Of a stretch of DNA of 64,000 bases, positions 26,071 through 38,071 are shown piece by piece. Each line of letters begins with the position of its first letter. Position 1 is the stretch's first letter. Both the position numbers and the translations under genes were made by a program. The notes below the pieces were generated by a model. The model was given only the letters and a program-made list of their open reading frames with translations, was not told the DNA's origin and made no database searches. Where the stretch lies: contig NW_026250416.1 in NCBI RefSeq assembly GCF_024521635.1, positions 806,001 to 870,000 of the forward strand. Direction: 5' to 3'. Origin of the DNA: Tricharina praecox. Taxonomy: Eukaryota.

Positions 26071-27694
26071 TCATGGACTTCTTGACACGCGAAAGAGCTT
26101 CAGCAATGCCAAGCATCTTGCGAGTGGGGCCGGTAGACGGTTTGGGGTCGGAGGCGGGACGCTTCGCGGGAATGGTGGCTTCGTCGCTGGCTTAGTGATG
26201 GAACTCTCCGAGTGCACCTCGTCGCTCTCCGTGGCTTGGCTATCGATGTCCTCCGTCATGTTGCTATATCCCTCCTCGTCGCTACAGACGTTGACAGACT
26301 CCACCGGGCGAGAATCGCTGTTCTCAGTTTCGTGGGTCTCAGCAACAGTGTCGTCCGGATGAACCGCCCACTCCGCATTGAGAGCCTCTTTGTCGAACTG
26401 GACAGGGCTGCGTGGAGACCCTTCTCCCTCGCTATAGCCACCAGAAGGCTCTGGGTCGGTGGGAGCCGACCGCTCTTCCTCTTCCTCCTTGTCTACCTTT
26501 TCCTCCGTGTCATCTACATCTTCATCCCTGTTGTCTCCCCCCCGTTCCGTGTCGTCTTCGTCTATCGCACCACAGTCCGAGCAGTTCCCACCATATTGAC
26601 TGGGATCAAACGACGGGGTGCTCTGCTGGGCGTTGACGGGGCTAAAATCTATTAGTTTTCATTCATGTAAATCGATCGGGGAGGAGGTGGTACTCCGTGT
26701 CCAATCCTGCAAACATGTTGAATATCCTCCTGCATTTCGCATTCCTGTTCCACAGTTGACGGAACTATTCCTCCTCTTTCAGGATAGCAGCCTCTTCGTC
26801 TCTCTCGGTCGGCTCAGAATCCGAGTCCGCTATCTCGGTATTCCTGTTCCCCCGTACACCACACCGCTCCTCCTCTTCCAGAAGAGATTCCTCTTCGTCG
26901 CTCTCGGTCGACTCCGAATCCGAACCCGACACCTCCTCATTGTCCATCTCCGAGGTCGCCTCATCGTCATCTCCAGAGTCGCGCCCGCCGCCGGGAGCCT
27001 CAGCCGAGCCCGGATCGTCGTGGGCATTATCACCCGTATCGTCGTCGGTGTGGCCCGGCGCAGCCTCCTCAGGCACGTCGTGCTCATGCTTCTCCTTCTG
27101 GTGCTCCTTGTTATCCTCGGGCTCATTATTATCCTTGTGCTCATTGCCGTCCTTCTCGGCTAACATGTCGTCCGGATGAACCACCTCAACCGCGGGAAGG
27201 AACTCGGTGCCAGACTCCGGGTCTGAGTCGAATCGGAAGATGCAGTCCTTCGTTCCCTTGTAATTTCTACCCAGGTACACGACCAACTCCTTAGACGGAC
27301 CGGGGTTCCGCCTGTCTTGTGGGATGACCCGCTTCAACTCGACACGGAAGCGAGGAGCGTTGCCGGTCTCTGAAAATAGGTTAGAGTTATGAACTGCGAT
27401 GGCCAAGAGAAACAACATTGGGAGGGAGGGAGGGAGGGGGCATAGAGAAGTTTTGAGGAGTTTTCTGCCTTTACAGGCCGTAGGTGACGCATTGGGATAC
27501 TTACTTCGCGCGCCGAACCCGACTGTCGGAGTGTCTTCTTCTTCGCCGACCGAAAGGAGACGCGACAGCTCCTGCTCAAAGATCAAACGATGGGGCACCT
27601 CGAGATTGGTTTTAATGGTGGGGTGTTTGTGTGTTTGCTGCGAGAGAAGGTCATGGTTGAAGGAGGGACGGGGGTGGACATGATTTGGAGACAA
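26071..27694 (-). pseudogene. Highly acidic low-complexity protein gene, probably disrupted
   Basis: ORF 26765-27694 has a D/E-rich C-half with an internal duplicated SDSE.TE.DEE block. Acidic coding-like sequence continues through 26640-26071 after a stop/frameshift. Confidence 0.5.
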
Positions 27695-27913
27695 GGCCGA
27701 GGAAGAAGGATTGAATGAAACGGACAGTGATGGGTAGCGATAGTAGTCAGAGAAGTCTCGGGGTGTTGTGAAGATGGGATTGTGGGGGGATGTGAACTGG
27801 TGTAGAGGGGTGAAGAGAGGAGTAGGTGGGGCTGTGTTTGAACAATCATCAGGAAAAAGAAATCTACTTCATTAGGTAGTCGACTGCGTATTTATGGAGA
27901 GCCACGGTGAGTG

Positions 27914-28119
27914 CGGTGTGTGCATAGGACACGGCGGTAGGGCGTTCCACACTATCTTGAGTGATATTCCATGGGCCCGATGTAGGGTGGACATTCGAAC
28001 CTCTTGTAGTTTCGTTCGGTGTGTGCATAAGACACGGCGGTAGGGCGTTCCACACTATCCTGAGTGATATTCCATGGGCACGATGTCGGGTGAGCATTCG
28101 AACCTCTTGTAGTTTCGTT
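27914..28119. repeat. Two-copy tandem duplication, 103-bp period
   Basis: CGGTGTGTGCATA.GACACGGCGGTAGGGCGTTCCACACTATC.TGAGTGATATTCCATGGGC...CATTCGAACCTCTTGTAGTTTCGTT at 27914 and 28017. Confidence 0.9.
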
Positions 28120-28189
28120 GATATTAGGGGGCCTATCTACACAACCGCAGTATCCGCCCCGTCCATACACCCCGTCCGCTCCCTCCCTC

Positions 28190-29560
28190 TTCCGAGCTCC
28201 CACTATTGCTCCGCTTCCTCGCCCTCGACTAGCCGACTCCCACAACTGTTCCGTGCTCCCACATCTCTCCATGTCGTCACCTCTTCACCGCACTTGCCCT
28301 TAACTCGCCCTCTTCTGCTCGCTACCCCTCGAGTGGGTCACTCCCTCACTCGTCCATACTCCCACACTCTTCCGTGCCGTCAACTGTTCGTGCTACCTCA
28401 GTATTCCGTGTTCCCAAAACTCTTCCCCACCATCACATCTTCCGGCCTGTGGACCCGTCCGTGCTCCCACAACTCCTCCGTGCTCCCACAACCCGTCCCT
28501 GCTCGTCGAAGCTTCCGTACCGTCACCTTTTCCGACCCATCCACTTGTCGGTACTCCCAGAACTCTTCCGCTCCACGACTCTTCCGCTCCGTCGTTTGTT
28601 ACGCTCCCTCGACTAGGCTATTGACTCAGCCCTTCCGTTCCTTGACCCGTTCGTGGCATAGACTTGTTCCGATACCTTTTCCGCTGCTACCACTTGTCCG
28701 TGCCGTCACTTCTTCCGTAACGTCACCCTTTCCGACCCATCGACTGACCCACTCTTCCTCGCACCCACAACTCTTCCGTGCTCCCATAACTCCTTCCTGC
28801 TCCCACAACTCCTCCATGCCATCATCTCTGCCGTGCCGTCATGTCTTCCGGCCCATGGACTCGTGCGCACTCCCACAAATCCTTCGTGCCGTCACCTTTT
28901 CGCCGTTCTTACCCTCGACTGGCCCACTCCCTCACTCTTCCGTGAACCCACAACTGTGGCGTGCCGTCTCGTTTGGCTTTTCCGCGACCTCGAAATGTGC
29001 TCTCAACTCTTCCACGGCCTCGCCCTGCCTCACCCTTGACTTGCCCGTTTCCCCAACTCTGCCCCAGGCTCGCCCCCGCTCCCGGGGCTTTTGCGCGACC
29101 TTGAAATGCTCCCCCACCTCTTCCCCTGCCTCGCCCTCTCTCCCTGAGCCCTTCCGCGACCTCGAACTGTTCTCTCAACTCTTCCCCAGCCTGGCCCTTG
29201 ACCGGCCTGTTCCCTTGACTCTTGCCCAGCATCGCTCTTGCTCCACAACTCTTTCCCGGCCTCGAATGGATCCCTAGACTCCTTTCAGGCCTCGCTGTGC
29301 TCTCTGGACTCTTCGACAGCCTCGACTGGCCTCTCCGTGACTCTTCCCCTACCTCGCTCTTGACTTTCCCGATCCCATAGCTCTTCTCCAGAATCGCCCT
29401 GCCTCGCCCTTGGCCGGCCCGTTCTCTCGGCTACTCCCCAGCATCGGCTTTGACTGGCCGGTTCCCAAAACTATTCCTCGGCACCGCCACTGACTGGCCC
29501 GTTCCCAGGGCTCTTCCAAGCCTCGCCCCTGAGCTATCCGCTTCCTCGGGGATGAGATGT
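28190..29560. repeat. Pyrimidine-rich degenerate satellite with two sub-arrays
   Basis: 28190-28970 has recurrent CACAACTCTTCCGTGC/CGTCACCT. 28970-29560 has recurrent CTCTTCCC..GCCTCGCCC and TTGAC.GGCC.GTTCCC. Confidence 0.85.
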
Positions 29561-32188
29561 GCTGCTCCAGCGATGTTCCTCCCGCTTATCACCGTGTAGT
29601 CACTTTCCGTTGTGGGCTTTGTTACCCTCACCATTCCAGACGCGCTTTCGGGCACATGGCCTGACTTTGGTGTGGTTTTTTCCACGAATGCACACAGAAA
29701 GGTTTTTCCATTGACAGAAAGCTTGAAGAACATTAAAAGAGGGTATGGGAGGTGTCCATGGAGCGCGCCGTACGATGATTGTTGATCGTTCGGTGGGTTC
29801 TCAGTCTCGACCCATACCCAGTCGTAACGTGCTGGCTGTCCATGCCACGTTGTTTCGCCTGTGCATCGAATATGCTGGATCACATTCACCTCGTTGATGT
29901 TGGTAACGGGGACCTGGACGCTGTGATGGATGTTTAACGTGCACTGCCGGAGGTCGTCGGGATCGATGTTGACCAGCTGGAGACGGAGGAAAGAGATGGT
30001 CGCAAGAAGTAGCTCGTTCTGAAGGTTGTCGCCATGCACAGATACGAGCATAGCACCGAAGATGTCGATTCTAAACTTCCCAACGTAGGCCTGATCGGAA
30101 GTGAACCTCACCCCGACTAGGGATTCTTCCACCGTGTCCACATCATCTGCGGGATTGTCACCACTCTGAGTGGCCTTGTTAAGCCTGCGTATTGCGAAAG
30201 CATCGATCCTCTGGTAGTCCTCAATTATCTGTTTGTAGATGTTCCCAGAGCGATTCGACTTGTAGTACGGATCCATTAGTTGGGCCGGTGGGAGCGCTCA
30301 CCGGCCTCAGGTAGACCATTGCTTGAGTGTCCCGTATCGGCGTATCTGCTCCTCGAAATGAAGAAGCTGGTGGATCTTTGGAAAGTTGAAATCACTTGCC
30401 TCCTCGTGATATTTAACCAACGCCGTGTTGATTAGGGTCTTGCATTCCTTGTTCAATGTCTGCCGCTCGGCGCCCGTCCTACCTTCCATCGCGGTGTCCC
30501 GTATCTCGAGCAATGCCCTCCGGTGCTCTTTGTCTTGGAGTGTCAACTTCTTGGTGGCTTGTAATTGCTGAAAAAGACGTTTAAGGGTGTGACAGCGACT
30601 GAGGGCCAAATATTGTTAAACCGTTCGCCACGTTTATTCTGCTTGAGGAAGTCCTGCAACCATCCAAGGAGGTGCATCAACATCCCCAGTTGCATCGTAT
30701 GCGGCAAATCGGGCTTCGGTAGGTCGCTAATCATGCAGTCGCGAAGCCATAGTAAGTTGGAACCCGGGTGGACGTTGTGGTGCGTGAGACTTCCCTTGCC
30801 TCCAGGGTGTTTATGTCATTCAGCGCCCTTTCAATGGTACGGTCCCGGCGTCCATGAGGGTTGACAAGATAGTCACAAATTTCCCCACGTGGGCATTCAC
30901 ACCAGTGACAAAAGCCGTTGCTGATGTTATAGAGATCTCGATGCTCTGGGTAGTCGGCAATCCAGCCGTCCAGCGATGCAACATAATGCCCGAAGTAGCA
31001 CTCAGCACACTGTGCATAGAAAGTGCGGCGGTCCGCATCTATTAGTAGCTCTTGGATGTGGCGCAAGACGTGTTGCTGCATCATCCGGTTGTGTTCCTTC
31101 TGCTCATTGTATTGCCCGGTGGGAACTTCGCGCATCTTAACCGGGAGTGAGAGGAGAGTGATCAAGAGGATGCCGGGTTGGCCTGGTGCCATCCTGATGG
31201 TGAAGGACAAATTCCCGACCGTCATATGTACCGGCCACACCTTCTTGTCACCGGAGAAGTTGGTCAGGTGTTTTGCGTTGGACAAAAATACCATTAGTAC
31301 GACCGTGTCACCGTCGTCTAGAGTGTTCTATATGAAATTCAGCATCGCCCAAGTCTACGTAAATAGCAATCAACGGAAAAGCGCTCGCACCTGCTGTTCC
31401 CACCACCAATCGGCCGTATACATCTCACTGTAGACACGGCTTCCATTACTACCGTGTCCATCACCCTCGAACTGCTGCTCAGGAGCGTATGAAAGGTCCT
31501 GGGCAACGCTGGCTGTCAGAGAAGCCATTTCCCGCACTCGATAATGTCACGGTGCCAGAATCGGATCGGCTCTTTGGCATGCTGCGCATTTCAAACCATA
31601 TTGTCCAGCCGGCTTTCCCGCCACACGTTTGTACCGAGTGTGTCCTCCATTTGATCGATGATCTGCCGTGGACGCTAATTGGATCTCAAGGAGCCCTTAT
31701 CTCCTCCTTGATACCACCTCTTTCCTTTAGCCACCTGTCGATAACCTTCGCGCTGGCCTTTCCAGTTATCAACGTCTCTGCAAACTTCGAATTCGTCCTC
31801 GTTTGGGGTTGGCCGTGATGCATTCCCCTAGCTATCCGACGTAATCACACGGAAGGCATGCATTTGGGTACGTATGCGTGAGGTGGGGGTTTTCTGGTTT
31901 GTTTGTGGGTTCGTTTTCAGGTCCTATGGCATCGCTGTACGCGTTGGCAGTGGGGCCCGCTTCGGCGATGGAACTGCTATTCGGGAGGACGGTGTGGGCG
32001 GTACGGTCTGGGTGTTTTGCGGGGAGGGCTCCGGGGTGCTCCCTGTCGGCTTCGCGCTTTCGCGCTGGGTTGGGTTGTTCCTGGTATTCCGGATGCAGTT
32101 TTTCAATGTGTTTGTGAAGCCATACTAGTCGTTTGAATCTGCGAAAACAGTACCTACACAATAGATCGAAGGAACCGGCCGTCGACAT
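29530..32188 (-). mobile_element. Degenerate Plavaka-family transposase with N-terminal C2H2 finger
   Basis: CRYCFRRFKRLVWLHKHIEKLH; RVYSEMYTADWWWEQQ (~31390-31440); FLSNAKHLTNFSGDKKVWPVHMTVGNL; WIADYPEH...CHWCECP; PDLPHTMQLG; FNFPKIHQLLHF..QIRRYG..KQWST; PARYDWVWV; GAAHLIP. Broken by frameshifts and deletions. Confidence 0.9.
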
Positions 32189-32801
32189 GACTTTGGTACA
32201 ATATGTGATGTGAGGTAATAGGTAGTATGGTATTCCGAGTGAGATATGAATATGGTTCTTGACACTTATGGATAGTTGGCGGTTAAGCTTTGAAACACGC
32301 CATGCTGATGTCACCCAGCAGAATGAATACTCCGCTGGCAGGACCTTGGATAAATTCTTTGCCCACTGCTACTCATTCTACCCGCGCAGACATAATAACG
32401 CATCCCGCCCCTACATCGAGTTGAAGCCGTTGAGACCCTCCTCCTCGTCGCCAAGCTCCTCCTGGTATAGCTGCCCTCCTCGCCTTCCTCCTTCTACTTG
32501 CCCTACCGCGGAAGAAGTCACCGCATTGTGCTCGCCCTTGCTGTCCAGCTGCAGAAAGAGTTACTGTTTTCTCCCTAGAAACCAATATTTGCCAAATGTG
32601 TTTTACTCCGTCTAATCACCGAGTGGGATGCCATCGACACCCACTGCTGCTCGTCCTGGCCGTGCCACTCTTCTCTCTCGTCCCAGATGTATTGCTCGTC
32701 CTACGCGTCCGGCTCGTGTCACTCGTCCTGCTGCAGAATCAACATCCTCGCCAAGTTCGCCCGATCACCGAAAGAGTCTGAGCGGCCTCATCGTCGTCCT
32801 C

Positions 32802-32873
32802 GTCCCACTCGTCCCACTCGTCCCACTCGTCCCACTCGTCCCACTCGTCCCACTCGTCCCACTCGTCCCACTC
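32802..32873. repeat. (GTCCCACTC)8 minisatellite within a CTCGTCC-rich tract (32640-33120)
   Basis: Eight exact 9-bp units, counted directly. Confidence 0.95.
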
Positions 32874-33631
32874 GACCCAAGTGACTGCTCGTTCCCACTG
32901 TCCTATTGTCTTAGCCGTCCTACTCGTCCTACGGGTCCTACCCGTATTGACGGCGAATTTTCTCATCGCACTGCACCTAGCCCAGGTCGCGCTTTTGCGG
33001 ACATATTCTCCACCTTATAATCGTCCTCCTCGTCCTACCCTTCTGACCCATCATCCTCGAGCTAGTCGTGATGCTCGTCCCACTCATTCTCCTTGACCTT
33101 CTCGTCCTGCCGACGAACGAATGTCCTCGCTCCAGAACAGCTACTTAACCGCACTCGCCTGCATCCGCCGCATACACACTGTCGTTCTAGGATCGGCACT
33201 GGAACTGCCCTCTCGCTACCATGGACGATGAATGCAGCACTGGATTCGACTAAGTGATGCACCTCTGGCTCTAGTGTATTGAAATACCAGCACTATACCG
33301 AGGTGTGAGTGGTCAACGGCGGCGAAGGCAGATGGTGCCGGCAGGTAGTCGCCGGCAGGAGAGGACAGTAGGACATAAGAGCCGGTGGATAGCCGCAATG
33401 AAAAGGCAACTCTCAAAAACCATCATCCGTTCGAGTGAAACTCCGTGGCTTCCAACATAGTGGAATTGACCTGTCACTAACGTGGACCCAGTACTAAATT
33501 CGCCCAAAAAACCAAAAATCTCCTCGACCTTCTCGTCCGGCTGCGAAAAAACATCACTTGTCGTACTGCTCGTCCTGATCGTTCAACTCGTCCTTCTCGT
33601 CCGGCTACGGAAACAGCCTTCTCTTCCAATT

Positions 33632-34430
33632 ACAGGATTCACTCCCAGGGCCCTCCACTGGATTCGCTACCAGGGCTCTGTACTCGATTCGCCCCCAACG
33701 CCTCTCTGCTGGTTTCGCTGCCATGGTCTCTCTACCTCTGTACTGGATTCGCTCCCAAGGCCCCACCACTGGATGCCCTCCGAAGGCCTCTGTAGTGGAT
33801 TCGCTCCCAGGCGTCTCGACTGGATTCTCTCCCAAGGCCTCTCTGTTGGATTCACTTCCATGGCCTCTCTACCTCTGTACTTGATTCGCTCCCAAGGCCC
33901 CACCACTGGATGCCCTCCGACGGCCTCTGTAGTGGCTTCTCTCCCAAAGCCTCTCTGCTGGATTCGCTCCCAAGGCCTCACCACTGAATTCGTTTCAAGT
34001 CCTCACCCGCCAATTCAGTGCCAGGGCATCTCTGCTGGATTCGCTGCCATGACCTGTTTACTAGATTTCCTCCATGGCCTGTCTACCTCTCCACTGGATT
34101 CGCTGCCAGGGCTCTGTACTGGATTCGCTCCCAAGTCCTCTCTGCCTCTCCACAGATTCGTTCCCAAACGCTCTCTGCTGGACTCGCTGCCAGGGCCCTC
34201 TACTGGATTTGCTGTTATGTCTTCCCTTATCACTGGATTCGCTGCCAGAGCCTCCCTTTCTACTCAATTCACTGGTATGGCCTATCTACTGGATTCGCCT
34301 AGGAACCCCCTCCCGCGTTCATGCATTCGATACTATTGCCGTGGACTCAGTACTCTCTCACTGCCTTGGACTGAGTATTGCATTCGTCTAAGGAACGACC
34401 ACCGCTCATAGACGGACCACTGGATTCGCC
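33632..34430. repeat. Satellite array, ~25-26-bp unit (some ~34 bp), roughly two dozen copies
   Basis: Consensus CTGGATTCGCTCCCAAGGCCTCT(C/G)TA. A higher-order run of three units (…CATGG.CTCTCTACCTCTGTA / …CCCCACCA / CTGGATGCCCTCCGA.GGCCTCTGTA) occurs twice. Confidence 0.92.
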
Positions 34431-34992
34431 CAAGGAAGTTCCACTTACTGCTGTGGAGACGGCAGTTGATATATTTGGTTCGGATCGCTCTGTTTTTCTC
34501 CCGCGTGCCTAGATCGTGGTAAAATATTTGAGTAGACAGATGATATTGTATTTGATACAGAATAAGAACCTATCGTCGCTAACGAAGATCTCTAGAGTTT
34601 TTAGACTGATAGGCGACTAAACTTTGACAAACGCGTAGCCAGGTGAGGTGTTCTCCGGGTTGATCAGCACTCGCCACTACAAACCATCTGGTGGGTCTGA
34701 CCTCATATGTGCGTACTCTCTGAACGGAGGCTAAAAATGATATATAAGGCCACTGGCATCTTCGCTCTGTACTCTTTACTCCACCTCAAACCACCTTCGG
34801 TCCTCCCCACATCCACACACTCATAACCCCACACATCCACACAACGACACTTCGAGCTCGCGATATCCACGCATCGATCCTGTCGACGCTTAAGCGAGCT
34901 GCCAAATCGCAGGCGGTGGAGAAGATTCAGACGGCTGCCCCCAAACGACGTCCCCGGCATCCACTTCACCCTCATTCCACACCTCACCCTCA

Positions 34993-36417
34993 TTGACAAC
35001 CTCACCCCGGTTCGCCACCTCGTCATTGTTCCCCGCCCCCCCCCCCTCGTTCCCAACCGGCTCTCTCGGCTGTTGTAGCGGGCAAGAGACGCCCTTCCCA
35101 ACGCACAAGGTCGCTCCGAAAATGATCGCCAAACGAACGAGTACTACTACTGGGGCAACCTCGGTGAAGCATCTCCGCGAACGGCATTGCCATCGAGAAA
35201 CACCTTTTATCTCTGCAAGTGTTGAGATAATCCGGGTTGGTACCGAATGAGATTTATTGTGTTCCTTTATTTCGCTAACATAACCGGTCTTTAGATTGTC
35301 GCCAAGCTGTGGCCGGAAGCCTACCTACGAACAGGCTTGAACGTTGACTTCGATCCCGATAAACTAGGGAACTTGGCATATGTATAGTGATCTCCTGTCC
35401 CGGGATGCGTTGAGAGAATTATTCTACTTGCTAAGACCATGTCGTACGCGGCGGTACAGATCAAGAGTGGCTATTACAGAATGCCGTCGAGCTGGATCTC
35501 AACTGCGCGAAACAACATTGCGGATTCGTATGGTTTGAACGGCCATACAAGTGCTGTCTAGCGTCTGGAGGTTATCAATGAATTGCTTCGTGATGCTGCA
35601 GTCATATACACAGATGGTGACTGCGGGATGCCGCTTGAGGTACGTGCTCCAAGCCTGTGTCGTTACCGGTGTATCCGTCATTGCCTTTAGATTGTCTAAG
35701 ACGTCTTGTAGCGGCGAGTAACCCCGTTTTTTGCGAGTCAAATTCTGCGTTTCATCCATCTCCACTTCTTCAACAAGTCCCGTATTCATAATGCGGGACA
35801 TCACGACTGGTTAATTGAGAAGCAAACTCCCTCGTCGATCGTGTACGTGGTGACAGCCCTGCACCACGCATTACAGGAGTGGCGGAAGTCCGGGGGAGAT
35901 CCGCCCCCATCGAGGCCATCGGCGAAGACTGGCAAGGTTACCAAGAATAGTTCAGCAGGGTGGTGTTATTTTTTCAGTCTGAAAAATGATGGCCGTAAGT
36001 ATGCTTTCATATTCCAAGAGCATCGCTAACGTTCTTGTAGTCATATACAGTAATGCCATGTGTTCCTGGAACTCTCTCGATCATCAGATGCAGGAAAGGG
36101 CTGTCATGACGATACGCAACGCGCTGAAGATCGAGATCAGGTCTGCTACCGATGAGGATGATCGGGTACCAGTGGCGCACACGACCTCTACTCGCGAGTT
36201 CGACCCTGCTCTAATGGAAGCATTCCTTGCTGAACCTATTCCTGCCGATCCGGATTTAGGACCATTGGTGATGCTAAATGCCAGGAAAGACATTCCGGAG
36301 GAGAGGGACATCCGGGAGCAGCAGGAGGAGGAGGAGGAGGAGGAGGAAGGGGTGGTGGGGTGGGGGGGATTCGGCGAGGAGTACTATTCTGCTTGGTCTT
36401 CACCCTATGGAGAATGA
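34993..36417 (+). pseudogene. Intron-containing DUF6532-like (transposon-associated) gene, disrupted
   Basis: TATA (GATATATAAGG, ~34739). Exon fragments ETPFISA|IVAKLWPEAY...; WISTARNNIADSYGL; PFFASQILRFIHLHFF; IVYVVTALHHALQEWRKSGG; IYSNAMCSWNSL...; acidic tail. In-frame TAG near 35559. The family assignment rests on the 'TAL..AL.EW..G' motif. Confidence 0.55.
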
Positions 36418-38071
36418 TGAAAACAAGGGTTTTGAAAAAGAAGGAGAAGACGATGAGCTAAGCTCAAAGCTTTCGGAGGAGGATTCCGCATGATAGCAAT
36501 TACAGTATTTATCTATATGTGCAATATTACGTGCAGGTGCTAGATATTGCGAGCAGAGTATGGGTTGTATGTCTTTATTCCGGAATCCGCATTGCGACAC
36601 GGGTAGCAAATCTCAGACCCGGACAGCTATCAATCTAGTCACCGTGCCTATTCAGTCAGAGTCCTCCGTTGTGCGCAGTGCATGGCTAGCTGCGATTACT
36701 CAGGGACTGCCATTAATCCATGTATGGTGCCAATCCAGTCAGAGGGTTACGCTTTGTGCAGCACCTAGCTAGGTGTCGCCTGACATGGCGAGCTGCGGTC
36801 TGGCATGGAGAGCGGTGGTCCACGACGGACACCTGCAGTCAGATGGTATTGTGCCTATCCAATCAGATTTTCGCGCCATGTGCAGTTCACACAGTAGAAA
36901 CCTCTCCCCGCGCCCATCAGAGTTTTTTTTTTTTCCGGATGCAGCCCGAAGTGGATTCCCGCATCTGCCAAGCAATCTATGCAGTAGTCCCACACTTGCC
37001 AGCCAAAACTTACTCGAAGCCAGTCTCGTATGTACCGCGTCCCCGGGTAGTCAACATCCCCCACTGCGTAGATAGATCGGCAGCCCAGCCCGTTATCGTC
37101 CCGACACACTGACACCTTCATCGTTCAACACCTTCGATCGGGTACGCTATTCCGTCTTCCGGCAAGCATTTACAGCTTTGCTGATTATCCCTTCACACCC
37201 GGCTTTTTTGGTTCGCTCAAAAAACCGTGATCTGGAGCGGTGGCGACGGAACCAGAACTAAGGGTTACAATTCCACTGCCGTGTGCGGAACCTGCATATT
37301 TCGTTGAAGAATTGCGTGAATTTATATAGAAGCGGAAAACATGTGGCAAAGAGAGTATCCCTATTCGAGACACCAAATGACTTACATCGCTGATCACTCT
37401 TTTTGATGCCGATACAGGCTGTGCCCTCGGCGATGAACAACGCCAGAAGCTCGTGCAGGACCTCACACCTTCCATCTTGATGGACGTTTCGTTGCAAATC
37501 GCCTCGGTTGTCTCGCATCCACGTCGCTCAACTTTGATCGAACTTCAGCAGAGACGTGTCCGTCAAGCGGTTGGTCAATTTAGTAGAAGATGCCTTGGTG
37601 GAATCGCTCTTCTCATCACGGGGACAAGGGAGCTATAGTGGCTGATACGAGCATCGTGATAGCTGTTGAAAGTGATCGTAAAGCTGACAGGTGCACAGGT
37701 GGATGGAAGGATACTACAAGAGCGCTGTCTAGAAAACGGGTGGAAGAGTCGATTATGAAAGGAGGAAGGAGTTACGATGATGTTGTTTCCAAAGGATTCG
37801 GTGGGACTCTGACCGGCCAGTCTAGTTGATCGACTCCACAATTTGACAACTTGCCAGTCGACGGCAGTCGGCGACAGCAAGCTGTCCGACGGACACTGAT
37901 CCGAGTTGGACCATCGGGTGAAATCCAAATATATACAGTCTTTCGGGCTGGAGAAATAAGGACGAATACCGCACAGGGCACGGAAGGGACTCGGACACTA
38001 AAAAATTCGTTGGCAGCGGCCGGAGAAAGATGTTTCACCCGGATTCCTCAAGCCCAGTCGAATTATTTATC

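Noticed and set aside
26212..27163. Hydrophobic plus-strand ORFs resembling membrane proteins
   Set aside because: Antisense shadows of the D/E-rich minus-strand coding sequence.
27961..29277. 438-aa plus-strand ORF
   Set aside because: Lies entirely in a pyrimidine-rich satellite that lacks stop codons by composition; the S/P/L/R-rich translation has no protein-like features.
32628..33020. ORFs with VPL/RPT/WDE repeats
   Set aside because: These are translations of the (GTCCCACTC)8 minisatellite.
33482..34411. 309-aa ORF, and CRISPR-like appearance of the array
   Set aside because: The unit length is not a multiple of 3, the linkers are short and mutually related rather than unique spacers, the context is eukaryotic, and no cas genes are present.
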